Made by a program: the position numbers and the translations under genes. Below are positions 1 through 11,008 of a stretch of DNA of 64,000 nucleotides, piece after piece; position 1 is the stretch's first letter; each line of letters starts with the position of its first letter. The notes beneath the pieces are model-generated. The model was not told where the DNA came from, searched no databases, and saw nothing but the letters and a program-made list of their open reading frames with translations. Source of the DNA: Mobula hypostoma (taxonomy: Eukaryota); the NCBI RefSeq assembly GCF_963921235.1, contig NC_086098.1, positions 682,001-746,000 on the forward strand. The letters are read 5' to 3'.

Positions 1-1080
1 CCTCTGTACCCTTTCCAATGCTTCCACATCCTTCCTATAGTGAGGCGACCAGAACTGGACACAGTATTCCAAGTGTGGCCTAACCAGAGTTTTATAGAGC
101 TGCATCATTGCATCGCGACTCTTAAACTCTATCCCTCGACTTATGAAAGCTAACACCCCATAAGCTTTCTTAACTACCCTATCTACCTGTGAGGCAACTT
201 TTAGGGATCTGTGGACATGTACCCCGAGATCCCTCTGCTCCTCCACACTACCAAGTATCCTGCCATTTACTTTGTACTCTGCCTTGGGGTTTGTCCTTCC
301 AAAGTGTACCACCTCACACTTCCCCCGATTGAACTCCATCTGCCACTTCTCAGCCCACTTCTGCATCCTATCAATGTCTCTCTGCAATCTTTGACAATCC
401 TCTATACTATCCACAACACCACCAACCTTTGTGTGGTCTGCAAACTTGCCAACCCACCCTTCTATCCCCACATCCATGTCGTTAATAAAATTCATGAAAA
501 GTAGAGGTCCCAGAACCGGTCGTGGGACACCACTAGTCACAACCCTCCAATCCAAATATACTCCCTCCACCACGACCCTCTGCCTTTTGCAGGCAAGCCA
601 ATTCTGTATCTACCTGGCCAAACTTCCCTGGATCCTATGCTGTCTGACTTTCTGAATAAGCCTACTGTGTGGAACTTTGTCAAATGCCTTACTAAAATCC
701 AGGTAGATCACATCCACTGCACTACCCTCCTCTATATGCCTGGTCACCTCCTCAAAGAACTCTATCAGGCTTGTTAGACATGATCTGCCCTTCACAAAGC
801 CATGCTGACTGTTCCTGATCAGACCATGATGCTCTAAATGCCCATAGATCCTATCTCAAAGAATTTTTTCCAACAGTTTTCCCACCACAGATGTAAGGCT
901 TACTTTTCTATTATTTCCCGGACTATCCCTACTACCTTTTTTGAACAAGGGGACAACATTCGCCTCCCTCCAATCCTCCGGTACCACTTGCATGGACAAC
1001 AAGGACAGAAAGATCCTAGCCAGAGGCTCAGCAATCTCTTCCCTCGCCTCGTGGAGCAGCCTGGGGAATATTCCAGTCAT
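1..1080 (-). mobile_element. CR1 LINE ORF2 (RT) fragment, degraded (family C); runs off the left edge
   Basis: Minus ORFs 610-795 (GRSCLTSLIEFFEEVT..YLDFSKAFDKVPH) and 856-1089 (VPEDWREANVVPLFKKG) carry CR1 RT motifs; frameshifted. Confidence 0.9.
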
Positions 1081-1365
1081 CCGGAACAATGCCAGAATCT
1101 ATTGATTTTTGAAAGATCATTGTTAATGCCTCCTCAGTCTCTCCCCCTACTTCCTTCAGAACCCAAGGTTACATTTCATCAGGTCCAGGAGATTTACCCA
1201 CCCTCAGACCATTAAGCTTCCTGAGCACCATCTCAGTCATAATTTTCACTGCACAAACTTCATTTCCCTGACACTCTTGAATGTCCAGTATACTGCAGAC
1301 ATCTTCCACTGTGAAGACTGATGCAAAATACGCACCCAGTTCCTCTGCCATCTCTGTGTCTCTCA

Positions 1366-2691
1366 TCAGAATCAGAAACAGGTTTATTATCACTGGCATG
1401 TGACGTGGAACTTGTTAACTTAGCAGCAGTTCAATGCAATACATAATCTAGTGGAGAGAGAAAAAAATAATAATAAGTAACCAAGTAAAATAATTATATA
1501 TTTTGAATAGATTTTTAAAAATGTGCAAAAACAGAAATACTGTACATTAAAAAAAGTGAGGTATTGTTCAAAGCTTCAATGTCCATTTAGGAATCGGATG
1601 GCAGAGGGGAAGAAGCTGTTCCTGAATCGCTGAGTGTGTGCCTTTAGGCTTCTGTATCTCCTGCCTCATGGTAACAGTGATAAAAGGACATGCCCTGTGT
1701 ACTGGAGGTCCTCAATAATGGACACTGCCTTTCTGAGAGATTGCTCCCTGAAGATGTCCTGGGTACTTTGTAGGCTAGTACCCAAGATGGAGCTGACTAG
1801 ATTTACAACCTTCTGCAGCTTCTTTCAGTCCTGTGCAGTAACCCCTCCATACCAGACAGTGATGCAACCTGTTAGAATGTTCTCCATGATACAACTACAG
1901 AAGTTATTGAGTGTATCTGTTGACATGCTAAATCTCTTCAAACTCCTAATAAAGTACAGCTGCTGTCTTGCCTTCTTTATGACTACTTCAATATATTGGG
2001 ATCTGGTTAGATCCTCAGAGAGTTTGATACCAAGGAACTCTTTCCAGTTCTGATCCCTCTGTGAGGATTGGTATGTGCTCTTTCGTCTTACCCTTCCAGA
2101 AATTCACGATCAGCTGTTTCATCTTACTGACGTTGAGTGCCAGGTTGTTGCTGCGGGACCATTCCACTAGTTGGCATACCTCACTCCTGTACGCCCTCCC
2201 ATCACCACCTGAGATTCTACCAACAATGGTTGTATCATTAGCAAATTTGTAGATGGTATTTGATCTATGGCTAGCCACACAGTCATGTGTATATACAGAG
2301 TACAGCAGCGGGGTAAGCACACACCCCTGAAGCGTGCTAGTGTTGATCGTCAGCGAGGAGGATATTTTATCACCAATCCGCACAGACGGTGGTCTTCCAG
2401 TTAGGAAGTCGAGGATCTAATTGCAGAGGGAGGTACAGAGGCCCAGGTTCTCAACTTCTCAATCAGGATTGTGGGAATGATGGTATTAAATGCTGAGCTA
2501 TAGTCGATGAACAGCATCCTGACGTAGGTGTTTGTGTTGTCTAGGTGGTCTAAAGCCGTGTGGAAAACCATTGAGACTGCGTCTGCCATTGACCTATTGT
2601 GGCGATAGACGAATTGCAATGGGTCCAGGTCCTTGCTGAGGCAGGAATTCAGTATAGTCATGACCAACCTCTCAAAGCATTTCATCACTGT
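1366..2691 (-). mobile_element. Rex1/Babar-type LINE, 5'-truncated
   Basis: [39 protein letters not shown] and QGCVLTPLLYSVYTHDC..KFANDTT motifs; (TCTGAT)n tail at the left end; host CR1 resumes at ~2692. Confidence 0.85.
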
Positions 2692-3091
2692 TATTACAAT
2701 ATCTCCAGTGTCATTTTCTATTGGTCCTATATCTATCCTCAGCTCTCTTTTACCCTTTATATACTTAAAAATTCTTTCAGAATCTTCTTTGTTATAGGTT
2801 GCCAGCTTCCTTTCATCATTCATCTTTTCCTTCCTAATGACCTTCTTAGTTTCCTTCTGCAAGATTTTAAAAAGCTTTCCAATCCTCTATCTTCCCACTG
2901 GCTTTGGCTTCCTTGTATGCCCTCTCTTTTGCTTTTACTTTGGCTCTGATTTCACTTGTCAGCCACGGTAGTGTCCTTCTTGCATTCGAAAATTTCTTCT
3001 TATTTGGAATATATCTGTCTTGCAGATTTTTTGCAGAAACTCCAGCCATTGCTGCTCCTGTCCTTCCTGCTAGTGTCCCTTTCCAGTCAAC

Positions 3092-3222
3092 CATAGAAAC
3101 ATAGAAAACCTACAACGCAATACAGACCCTTCGGCCCTCAGAGTTGTGTGGAACATGGCCCTACCTTAGAAATTACTAGGCTTACCTATAGCCCTCTATT
3201 TTACTGAGCTCCATATTTTATT
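3092..3222 (-). mobile_element. Short CR1 3'-end insertion
   Basis: CATAGAAACATAGAAAACCTAC tail like those at ~14260 and 57785; flanked by AACC on both sides within the host CR1. Confidence 0.7.
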
Positions 3223-4433
3223 AACCTTGGCCAGTTTCCCTCTCATGCCATTGTAATTTCCTTTATTCCACTGAAATACCGACAGATTGGATTTTAGTTT
3301 CTCCTTCTCAAATTTCAAAGTGAACCCGATCATCTTGTGATCACTTTTCCCTGAGGTTTCCTTAAACTTAAACTCTCTTATCACCTCCGGATCATTGCAC
3401 AACATACAGTCCAGCACAGCTGATCCCCTAGTGGGCTCAACAACAAGCTGTTCTAAAAAGCCATCCCTTAGACATTCTACAAATTCTCTCTTGAAATCTA
3501 ATACTGGCCTGGTTTTCCCAATCCACTTTCATGTTAAAATCCCAATGATTATCATGACATTGCCCTTCTGACATTCCTTTTCTATCTCCTGCTGTAATTT
3601 GTAATCCACATTCCAGATGTATGCAACTGCCATTAGGGTCCTTTTACCCTTGCCATTACTTAACTCTACACCTTCCGATCCTATGTCATCCCTTCCTTAT
3701 GATTTAAAATTATTTCTTATACGCAGGGCCACACCACCCCCTCTGCCTACTGACCTATCTTTCTGATACACCGTATATCCTTGGGCATTTAGTTCCCAAT
3801 GGCAGCCATCCCTTAGCCAAGTTTCAGAAATGGCCACAACATCATACTTGACAATCTGTAGCTAAATTTCAAGATTGTCCATTTTATTTCTTATGCTGCA
3901 TGCATTCAATTATAACACTTTCAGTCCATTATTTGTTGTTTTCTGTTTTAACTGCACCACACCTTTATTGCCTTGTATATCATCCCATTGGCTGTGATTA
4001 TTTCTCATCTCCTCCCTGTCCTTTCTATCATCTTTGTTGCACACTATCTTTGATTTATTTCTGTTTTCCCCTTCCACAGCCCTATCACTCCGGTTCTCAT
4101 CCCCCTACCAAATTAGTTTAAACCCTCACTAACAGCTCTAGTAAACCTGCCTGCTAGGATATTGGACCCCTTTGGGTTCAGGTGTAACCCGTCCTTTTTG
4201 TACAGGTCGTACCTCCCCCAGAAGAGGCCCCAATGATCCAGGAACCTGAAGCCCTGCCCCCTACACCAGTCTGTCAGCCACACATTAATATGCCTGATCA
4301 TGCTATTCTTATGCTCGTTAGCACGTGGCACAGGCAGCAATCCTGAGTTTCCACTACCCTGGAGGTCCTGCTTTTCAGCTTCCTACCCAACTCCCTGAAT
4401 TCTCTGTTTTCTACCTGTGTCGTTGGTACCGAT

Positions 4434-4960
4434 ATAGAAACATAGAAACATAGAAAATAGGTGCAGGAGTAGGCCATTCGGCCCTTCGAGCCTGCACCGC
4501 CATTCAGTATGATCATCCAACTCAGAACCCTGTACCAGCCTTCCCTCCATACCCCCTGATCACTTTAGCCACAAGGGCCATATCTAACTCCCTCTTAAAT
4601 ATAGCCAATGAACTGGCCTCAACTGTTTCCTGTGGTGGAGAATTCCACAGATTCACCACTCTCTGTGTGAAGAAGTTTTTCCTAATCTCGGTCCTAAAAG
4701 GCTTCCCCTTTATCGTCAAACTGTGACCCCTCGTTCTGGACTTCCCCAACATCGGGAACAATCTTCCTGCATCTAGCCTGTCCAATCCCTTTAGGGTTTT
4801 ATACGTTTCAATCAGATCCCCCCTCAATCTTCTAAATTCCAACGAGTATAATCCTAGTTCATCCAGTCTTTCATCATATGAAAGTCCTGCCATCCCAGGA
4901 ATCAATATGGTGAACCTTCTTTGTACTCCCTTTATGGCAAGGATGTCTTTCCTCAGATTA
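4434..4960 (-). mobile_element. 5'-truncated CR1 (family A', ORF2 ends GKAGTGF) inserted into the ORF1 of an older CR1
   Basis: C-terminal ORF2 (LRKDILAIKGVQRRFT..GGKAGTGF*), 3' hairpin and (TTTCTATG)n tail; host reads TTGGTACCGATAT|GTACCACG across the insert. Confidence 0.9.
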
Positions 4961-5762
4961 TGTACCACGACCTCTGGCTGCTCACCCTCCCATTTCAGGA
5001 TATTGTGGACACACTCATAAACATCATGAATGCTGGCCCCTGGGAGGCAAACTACCATCCTTGTGTATTTTTTTGCATCCACAGAATCGCCTAGCTGTCC
5101 CTCTAACTATAGAGTCCCCTATTACCGCTGCCACTCTCTTCTGTTCCCTACCCTTCCCTACCCACAGGGCCAGACTCAGTGCAGAGGCAGGGCCACTGTT
5201 GCTTCCCCCAGGTAGGTCATTCCCCCTCCCACAAAACAGCACTCAAAATGGAGTACTTATTGTTAAGGGGGTGCTCTCCGCTACCTGATGCCATCCCTTT
5301 CCTTTCCTGACCGTTACCCACTTGTCTGTCTCCTGTGGCCCCGGGGTGACTACCTGCCTGTAGCTCCTGTCTATCACCTCCTCACTCTCCCTAACAAGCC
5401 AAAGCTCATTGAGCTGCAGCTCCAGTTCCCTCACTCGGTCTCTGAGGAGCTGCAGCTCGATGCACCTGGTGCAGATGTGGCCATCAGGGAGGCTGGAAGT
5501 CTCCTGGACATCTCACATCTGACACCTAGAACAGAAAACTGGTCTCTCAGTCATACCCACTATTCTAATGCGCCAAGCCCCATGAAACATTCCTTTTTTG
5601 AACTCTTCTCCCTGACCTGTGTGAAGCTCTCTCTCTCTGAATCGATTGGTCTGCGCTAATGGAGTGGTTCATTTACCTTAAACTCTCTAATAAAATCTGG
5701 ATTACTACACAACACTCAATCTAAGATAGACTTTCCCCAAGTTTACTCAAGCACAGGCTGCT

Positions 5763-6118
5763 CTAAAATGACATTTTGTAGGCACTCAACAAATTCCCTC
5801 TCTTGCGATCTAACACCACCCTAATTTTCTCAATCCCCTTGCAGATTGAAGTCCCTATTACAATTGTGACATTACCATTATTACATGCCCTTTTACAGCT
5901 CCCTTTCCCAGCAATCTCAACCCCATATCTGCCCACAAAGATATTGGTCTCCCACAAATTCAAGTGCAACCCATCACATTTGTACATGTCACACCTGCCC
6001 TGAAAAGATCCCAATGATCCAGAAATTTGAATCCCTGCCCCCTACTCCAATTCTTCAGCCATGTATTTATATAGCACCTCATTTTATCGCTATCCTCACT
6101 GCCATCTGGCACAGTGCA
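5763..6118 (-). mobile_element. CR1 ORF1 and endonuclease fragments, degraded
   Basis: WSRGQGFKFLDHWDLF and DGLHLN motifs joined to an endonuclease piece. Confidence 0.7.
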
Positions 6119-6147
6119 ATGCGCATTCTTCATCGTTATTTCCTGCA

Positions 6148-6165
6148 TTAGGGTTAGGGTTAGGG
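6148..6165 (+). repeat. Interstitial telomeric repeat (TTAGGG)3
   Basis: Three perfect TTAGGG units between two oppositely oriented CR1 fragments. Confidence 0.85.
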
Positions 6166-6204
6166 TAATTAACTTTACACCAAATATCTCAAACTTCAAT
6201 GTAA

Positions 6205-6650
6205 TTTAAGAAAGGTGGGACGCAGCAGAAAGGAAACTATAGACCTGTTAGCTTGACATCAGTGGTTGGGAAGTTGTTGGAATCGATTGTTAGGGATGAG
6301 ATTACAGAGTACCTGGAGGCACATGACAAGATAGGCCAAAGCCAGCATGGTTTCCTGAAAGGAAAATCCTGCCATGGCAAACCTACCGAAATTCTTTGAG
6401 GAAATTACAAGCCAGTAGACAAAGGAGATGCAGTAGATGTCGTTTACTTGGATTTTCAGAAGGCCTTTGACAAGGTGCCACAAACGAGGATGCCTAACAA
6501 GATACGAACCCATGGAATTGCAAGGAAGTAACTAGCATGGGTGGAGCATTGGCTGGTCAACAGAAAACAGAGAGTGGGAATAAAGGGATCCTATTCTGGC
6601 TGGTTGCTGGTTACCAGTGAAGTTCCACAGGGGTCAGTGTTGGGCCTGTT
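6205..6650 (+). mobile_element. CR1 RT fragment, degraded
   Basis: GGAAACTATAGACCTGTTAGCTTGACATCAGTGGTTGGG (GNYRPVSLTSVVG) and GATTTTCAGAAGGCCTTTGACAAGGTGCCA (DFQKAFDKVP). Confidence 0.85.
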
Positions 6651-6656
6651 AGATTT

Positions 6657-7905
6657 TAGAACATAGAACATAGAACATTACAGCACAGTACAGGCCCTTC
6701 GGCCCACAATGTTGTGCCGACCCTTAAACCCTGCTTCCCATATAACACCCCACCTTAAATGCCTCCACCACTGACTCAGGCAGTGCATTCCACTCACCAA
6801 CCACTCTCTGAGTAAAAAACCTTCCTCTAATATCCCCCTTGAACTTCCCACCCCTTACCTTAAAGCCATGTCCTCTTGTATTGAGCAGTGGTGCCCTGGG
6901 GAAGAGACGCTGGCTATCCACTCTATCTATTCCTCTTAATATCTTGTACACCTCTATCATGTCTCCTCTCATCCTCCTTCTCTCCAAAGAGTAAAGCCCT
7001 AGCTCCCATAATCTCTGATCATAATCCATATTCTCTAAACCAGGCAGCATCCTGGTAAATCTCCTCTGTACCCTTTCCAATGCTTCCACATCCTTCCTAT
7101 AGTGAAGCGACCAGGACTGGACACAGTACTCCAAGTGTGGCCTAACCAGAGTTTTATAGAGCTGCATCATTACCCCACGACTCTTAAACACTATCCCTCG
7201 ACTTATGAAAGCTAACACCCCATAAGCTTTCTTAACTACATTATCTACCTGTGAGGCAACTTTCAGGGATCTGTGGACATGTACCCCCAGATCCCTCTGC
7301 TCCTCCACACTTACAAGTATCCTGCCATTTACTTTGTACTCTGCCTTGGAGTTTGTCCTTCCAAAGTGTATCACCTCACACTTCTCTGAGTTGAACTCCA
7401 TCTGCCACTTCTTAGTCCACTTCTGTATCCTATCAATGTCTCTCTGCAATCTTTGACAATCCTCTACACTATCCACAACACCACAAACCTTTGTGTCATC
7501 TGTAAACTTGACAACCCAGCCTTCTAACCCCACATTAATAAAAACCATGAAAAGTAGAGGTCCCAGAACCGATCTTTGTGGGACACCACTAGTCACAACC
7601 TTCCAATCCAAATGTACTCCCTCCACCACCACCCTCTGCTTTCTGCAGGCCAGCCAATTCTGAATCCACCTGGCCAAACTTCCCTGGATCCCATGCCTTC
7701 TGACTTTCTGAATAAGCCTACCATGTGGAACCTTGTCAAATGCTTACTAAAATCCAGGTAGATCACATCCATTACACTACCCTCATCTATATGCCTGGTC
7801 ACCTCCTCGAAGAACTCTATCAGGTTTGTTAGACATGATCTGCCCTTCACAAAGCCATGCTGACTGTTCCTGATCAGACCATGATTCTCTAAATACCTAT
7901 AGATC
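6657..7905 (-). mobile_element. CR1 family C 3' part; host of the full-length element, resumes at 12783-12878
   Basis: ORF 6724-7677 is the RT C-terminal half; (TTCTATG)n tail; sequence continues AGATCCTATCTCAAAGAA at 12783, matching the copy at 846-870. Confidence 0.9.
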
Positions 7906-8003
7906 ATAGAAACATAGAAACATAGAAAATAGGTGCAGGAGTAGGCCATTCGGCCCTTCGAGCCTGCACCGCCATTTATTATGATCATGGCTGATCATCC
8001 AAC

Positions 8004-11003
8004 TCAGAACCCAGCCTTCCCTCCATACCCCGTGACCCCTGTAGCCACAAGGGCCATATCTAACTTCCTTTTAAACATAGCTAATGAACTGGCCTCAACA
8101 GTTTGCTGTGGCAGAGAATTCCACAGATTCACCACTCTCTGTGTGAAGAAGTTTTTCCTAACCTCGGTCCTAAAAGGCTTCCCCTCTATCCTCAAACTGT
8201 GACCCCTCGTTCTAGACCTCCCCAACATCGGGAACAATCTTCCCGCATCTAGCCTGTCCAATCCCTTTAGGATCTTATACGTTTCAATCAGATCCCCCCT
8301 CAATCTTCTAAATTCCAACGAGTACAAGCCCAGTTCATCCAGTCTTTCTTCATATGAAAGACCTGCCATCCCAGGAATCAATCTGGTGAACCTTCTTTGT
8401 ACTCCCTCTATGGCAAGGATGTCTTTCCTCAGATTAGGGGACCAAAACTGCACACAATACTCCAGGTGTGGTCTCACCAAGGCCTTGTACAACTGCAGTA
8501 GTACCTCCCTGCTCCTGTACTCGAATCCTCTCGCTATAAATGCCAGCATACCATTCGCCTTTTTCACCGCCTGCTGTACCTGCATGCCCACTTTCAATGA
8601 CTGGTGTATAATGACACCCAGGTCTCGTTGCACCTCCCCTTTTCCTAATCGGCCACCATTCAGATAATAATCTGTTTTCCTATTTTTGCCACCAAAGTGG
8701 ATAACTTCACATTTATCCACATTAAATTGCATCTGCCATGAGTTTGCCCACTCACCCAACCTATCCAAGTCACCCTGCATCCTCTTAGCATCCTCCTCAC
8801 TGCTAACACTGCCACCCAGCTTCGTGTCATCCGCAAACTTGGAGATGCTGCATTTAATTCCCTCATCCAAGTCATTAATATATATTGTAAACAACTGGGG
8901 TCCCAGCACTGAGCCTTGCGGTACCCCACTAGTCACCGCCTGCCATTCTGAAAAGGTCCCGTTTATTCCCACTCTTTGCTTCCTGTCTGCTAACCAATTC
9001 TCCACCCACACCAATACCTTACCCCCAATACCATGTGCTTTAAGTTTGCACACTAATCTCCTGTGTGGGACCTTGTCAAAAGCCTTTTGAAAATCCAAAT
9101 ATACCACATCCACTGGTTCTCCCCTATCCACTCTACTAGTTACATCCTCAAAAAATTCTATGAGATTCGTCAGACATGATTTTCCTTTCACAAATCCATG
9201 CTGACTTTGTCCGATCATTTCACCGCTTTCCAAATGTGCTGTTATCACATCCTTGATAACTGACTCCAGCAGTTTCCCCACCACCGACGTTAGGCTAACC
9301 GGCCTATAATTCCCCGGTTTCTCTCTCCCTCCTTTTTTAAAAAGTGGGGTTACATTAGCCACCCTCCAATCCTCAGGAACTAGTCCAGAATCTAACGAGT
9401 TTTGAAAAATTATCACTAATGCATCCACTATTTCTTGGGCCACTTCCTTAAGCACTCTGGGATGCAGACCATCTGGCCCTGGGGATTTATCTGCCTTCAA
9501 TCCCTTCAATTTACCTAACACCACTTCCCTACTAACATGTATTTCGCTCAGTTCCTCCATCTCACTGGACCCTCTGTCCCTTACTATTTCTGGAAGATTA
9601 TTTATGTCCTCCTTAGTGAAGACAGAACCAAAGTAATTATTCAATTGGTCTGCCATGTCCTTGCTCCCCATAATCAATTCACCTGTTTCTGTTTGCAGGG
9701 GACCTACATTTGTCTTTATCAGTCTTTTCCTTTTTACATATCTATAAAAGCTTTTACAGTCCGTTTTTATGTTCTCTGCCAGTTTTCTCTCATAATCTTT
9801 TTTCCCCTTCCTAATTAAGCCCTTTGTCCTCCTCTGCTGAACTCTGAATTTCTCCCAGTCCTCAGGTGAGCCACTTTCTCTGGCTAATTTGTATGCTACT
9901 TCTTTGGAATTGATACTATCCCTAATTTCTCTTGTCAGCCACGGGTGCACTACCTTCCTTGATTTATTCTTTTGCCAAACTGGGATGAACAATTGTTGTA
10001 GTTCATCCATGCAACCTTTAAATGCCTGCCATTGCATATCCACCGTCAATCCTTGAAGTGTCATTTGCCAGTCTATCTTAGCTAATTCATGTCTCATACC
10101 TTCAAAGTTACCCCTCTTTAAGTTCAGAACCTTTGTTTCTGAATTAACTACGTCACTCTCCATGTTAATGAAGAATTCCACCATATTATGGTCACTCTTA
10201 CCCAAGGGGCCTCTCACGACAAGATCGCTAATTAACCCTTCCTCATTGCTCAAAACCCAGTCCAGAATAGCCTGCTCTCTAGTCGGTTCCTCGACATGTT
10301 GGTTCAAAAAACCATCCCGCATACATTCCAAGAAATCCTCTTCCTCAGCACCTTTACCAATTTGGTTCACCCAGTCTACATGTAGATTGAAGTCACCCAT
10401 TATAACTGCTGTTCCTTTATTGCACACATTTCTAATTTCCTGTTTAATACCATCTCCGACCTCACTACTACTGTTAGGTGGCCTGTACACAACTCCCAGC
10501 AGCGTCTTCTGCCCCTTAGTGTTACGCAGCTCTACCCATATCGATTCCACATCTTCCCGGCTTATGTCCTTCCTTTCTATTGCGTTAATCTCTTTTTTAA
10601 CCAGCAACGCCACCCCACCTCCCCTTCCTTCGTGTCTATCCCTCCTGAATATTGAATATCCCTGAACGTTGAGCTCCCATCCCTGGTCACCCTGGAGCCA
10701 TGTCTCTGTGATCCCAACTATATCATATTCATTAATAACAATCTGCACTTTCAATTCATCCACCTTATTACGAATGCTCCTGGCATTGACACATAAAGCC
10801 TTCAGGCGCTCTTTTACAACTCTCTTAGCCCTTTTTAATGCTTGCCCTGGATTTGTCGGCCTGCCACTTTTACTTTTCCCCTTTGTACTTTTTGCTTCTA
10901 CGCTCACTTTACACTCCTCTGTCTCTCTGCACTGGTTCCCATCCCTCTGTTGTGAACTAACCTCCTCACACCTAGCCGCTTTAATTTGATTCCCACCCCC
11001 CAA
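8004..11003 (-). CDS. CR1 ORF2: APE-type endonuclease plus reverse transcriptase. The frame is open from 11024 and the track start is TTG, not AUG; probably expressed by -1 frameshift from ORF1
   Basis: 999 codons without a stop; EN motifs NARS, ITETW, YRPP, GDFN, SDH; RT motifs YRPVSLTS, DFQKAFD, GVPQGSVLGP, FADD. Confidence 0.95.
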   Translation of the reverse strand: MGGGNQIKAARCEEVSSQQRDGNQCRETEECKVSVEAKSTKGKSKSGRPTNPGQALKRAKRVVKERLKALCVNARSIRNKVDELKVQIVINEYDIVGITETWLQGDQGWELNVQGYSIFRRDRHEGRGGGVALLVKKEINAIERKDISREDVESIWVELRNTKGQKTLLGVVYRPPNSSSEVGDGIKQEIRNVCNKGTAVIMGDFNLHVDWVNQIGKGAEEEDFLECMRDGFLNQHVEEPTREQAILDWVLSNEEGLISDLVVRGPLGKSDHNMVEFFINMESDVVNSETKVLNLKRGNFEGMRHELAKIDWQMTLQGLTVDMQWQAFKGCMDELQQLFIPVWQKNKSRKVVHPWLTREIRDSINSKEVAYKLARESGSPEDWEKFRVQQRRTKGLIRKGKKDYERKLAENIKTDCKSFYRYVKRKRLIKTNVGPLQTETGELIMGSKDMADQLNNYFGSVFTKEDINNLPEIVRDRGSSEMEELSEIHVSREVVLGKLKGLKADKSPGPDGLHPRVLKEVAQEIVDALVIIFQNSLDSGLVPEDWRVANVTPLFKKGGREKPGNYRPVSLTSVVGKLLESVIKDVITAHLESGEMIGQSQHGFVKGKSCLTNLIEFFEDVTSRVDRGEPVDVVYLDFQKAFDKVPHRRLVCKLKAHGIGGKVLVWVENWLADRKQRVGINGTFSEWQAVTSGVPQGSVLGPQLFTIYINDLDEGIKCSISKFADDTKLGGSVSSEEDAKRMQGDLDRLGEWANSWQMQFNVDKCEVIHFGGKNRKTDYYLNGGRLGKGEVQRDLGVIIHQSLKVGMQVQQAVKKANGMLAFIARGFEYRSREVLLQLYKALVRPHLEYCVQFWSPNLRKDILAIEGVQRRFTRLIPGMAGLSYEERLDELGLYSLEFRRLRGDLIETYKILKGLDRLDAGRLFPMLGRSRTRGHSLRIEGKPFRTEVRKNFFTQRVVNLWNSLPQQTVEASSLAMFKRKLDMALVATGVTGYGGKAGF

Positions 11004-11008
11004 CCATT

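Larger units (their letters stand above)
1081..5575 (-). mobile_element. Old degraded CR1 (ORF1 plus N-terminal ORF2), interrupted by insertions at 1366-2691, 3092-3222 and 4434-4960; may be composite
   Basis: ORF1 pieces (RELELQLNEL, VIGDSIVRG, DGLHLNPKG..EGLN*) and ORF2 pieces (GKSDHKMI, PWLTSEIR, KSPGPD) lie in colinear order on the minus strand. Confidence 0.8.

Noticed and set aside
11005..11007. AUG just after the ORF1 stop (TAGAATGG) as the ORF2 start by reinitiation
   Set aside because: It is in the third frame, not the ORF2 frame, and is absent from most other junctions.
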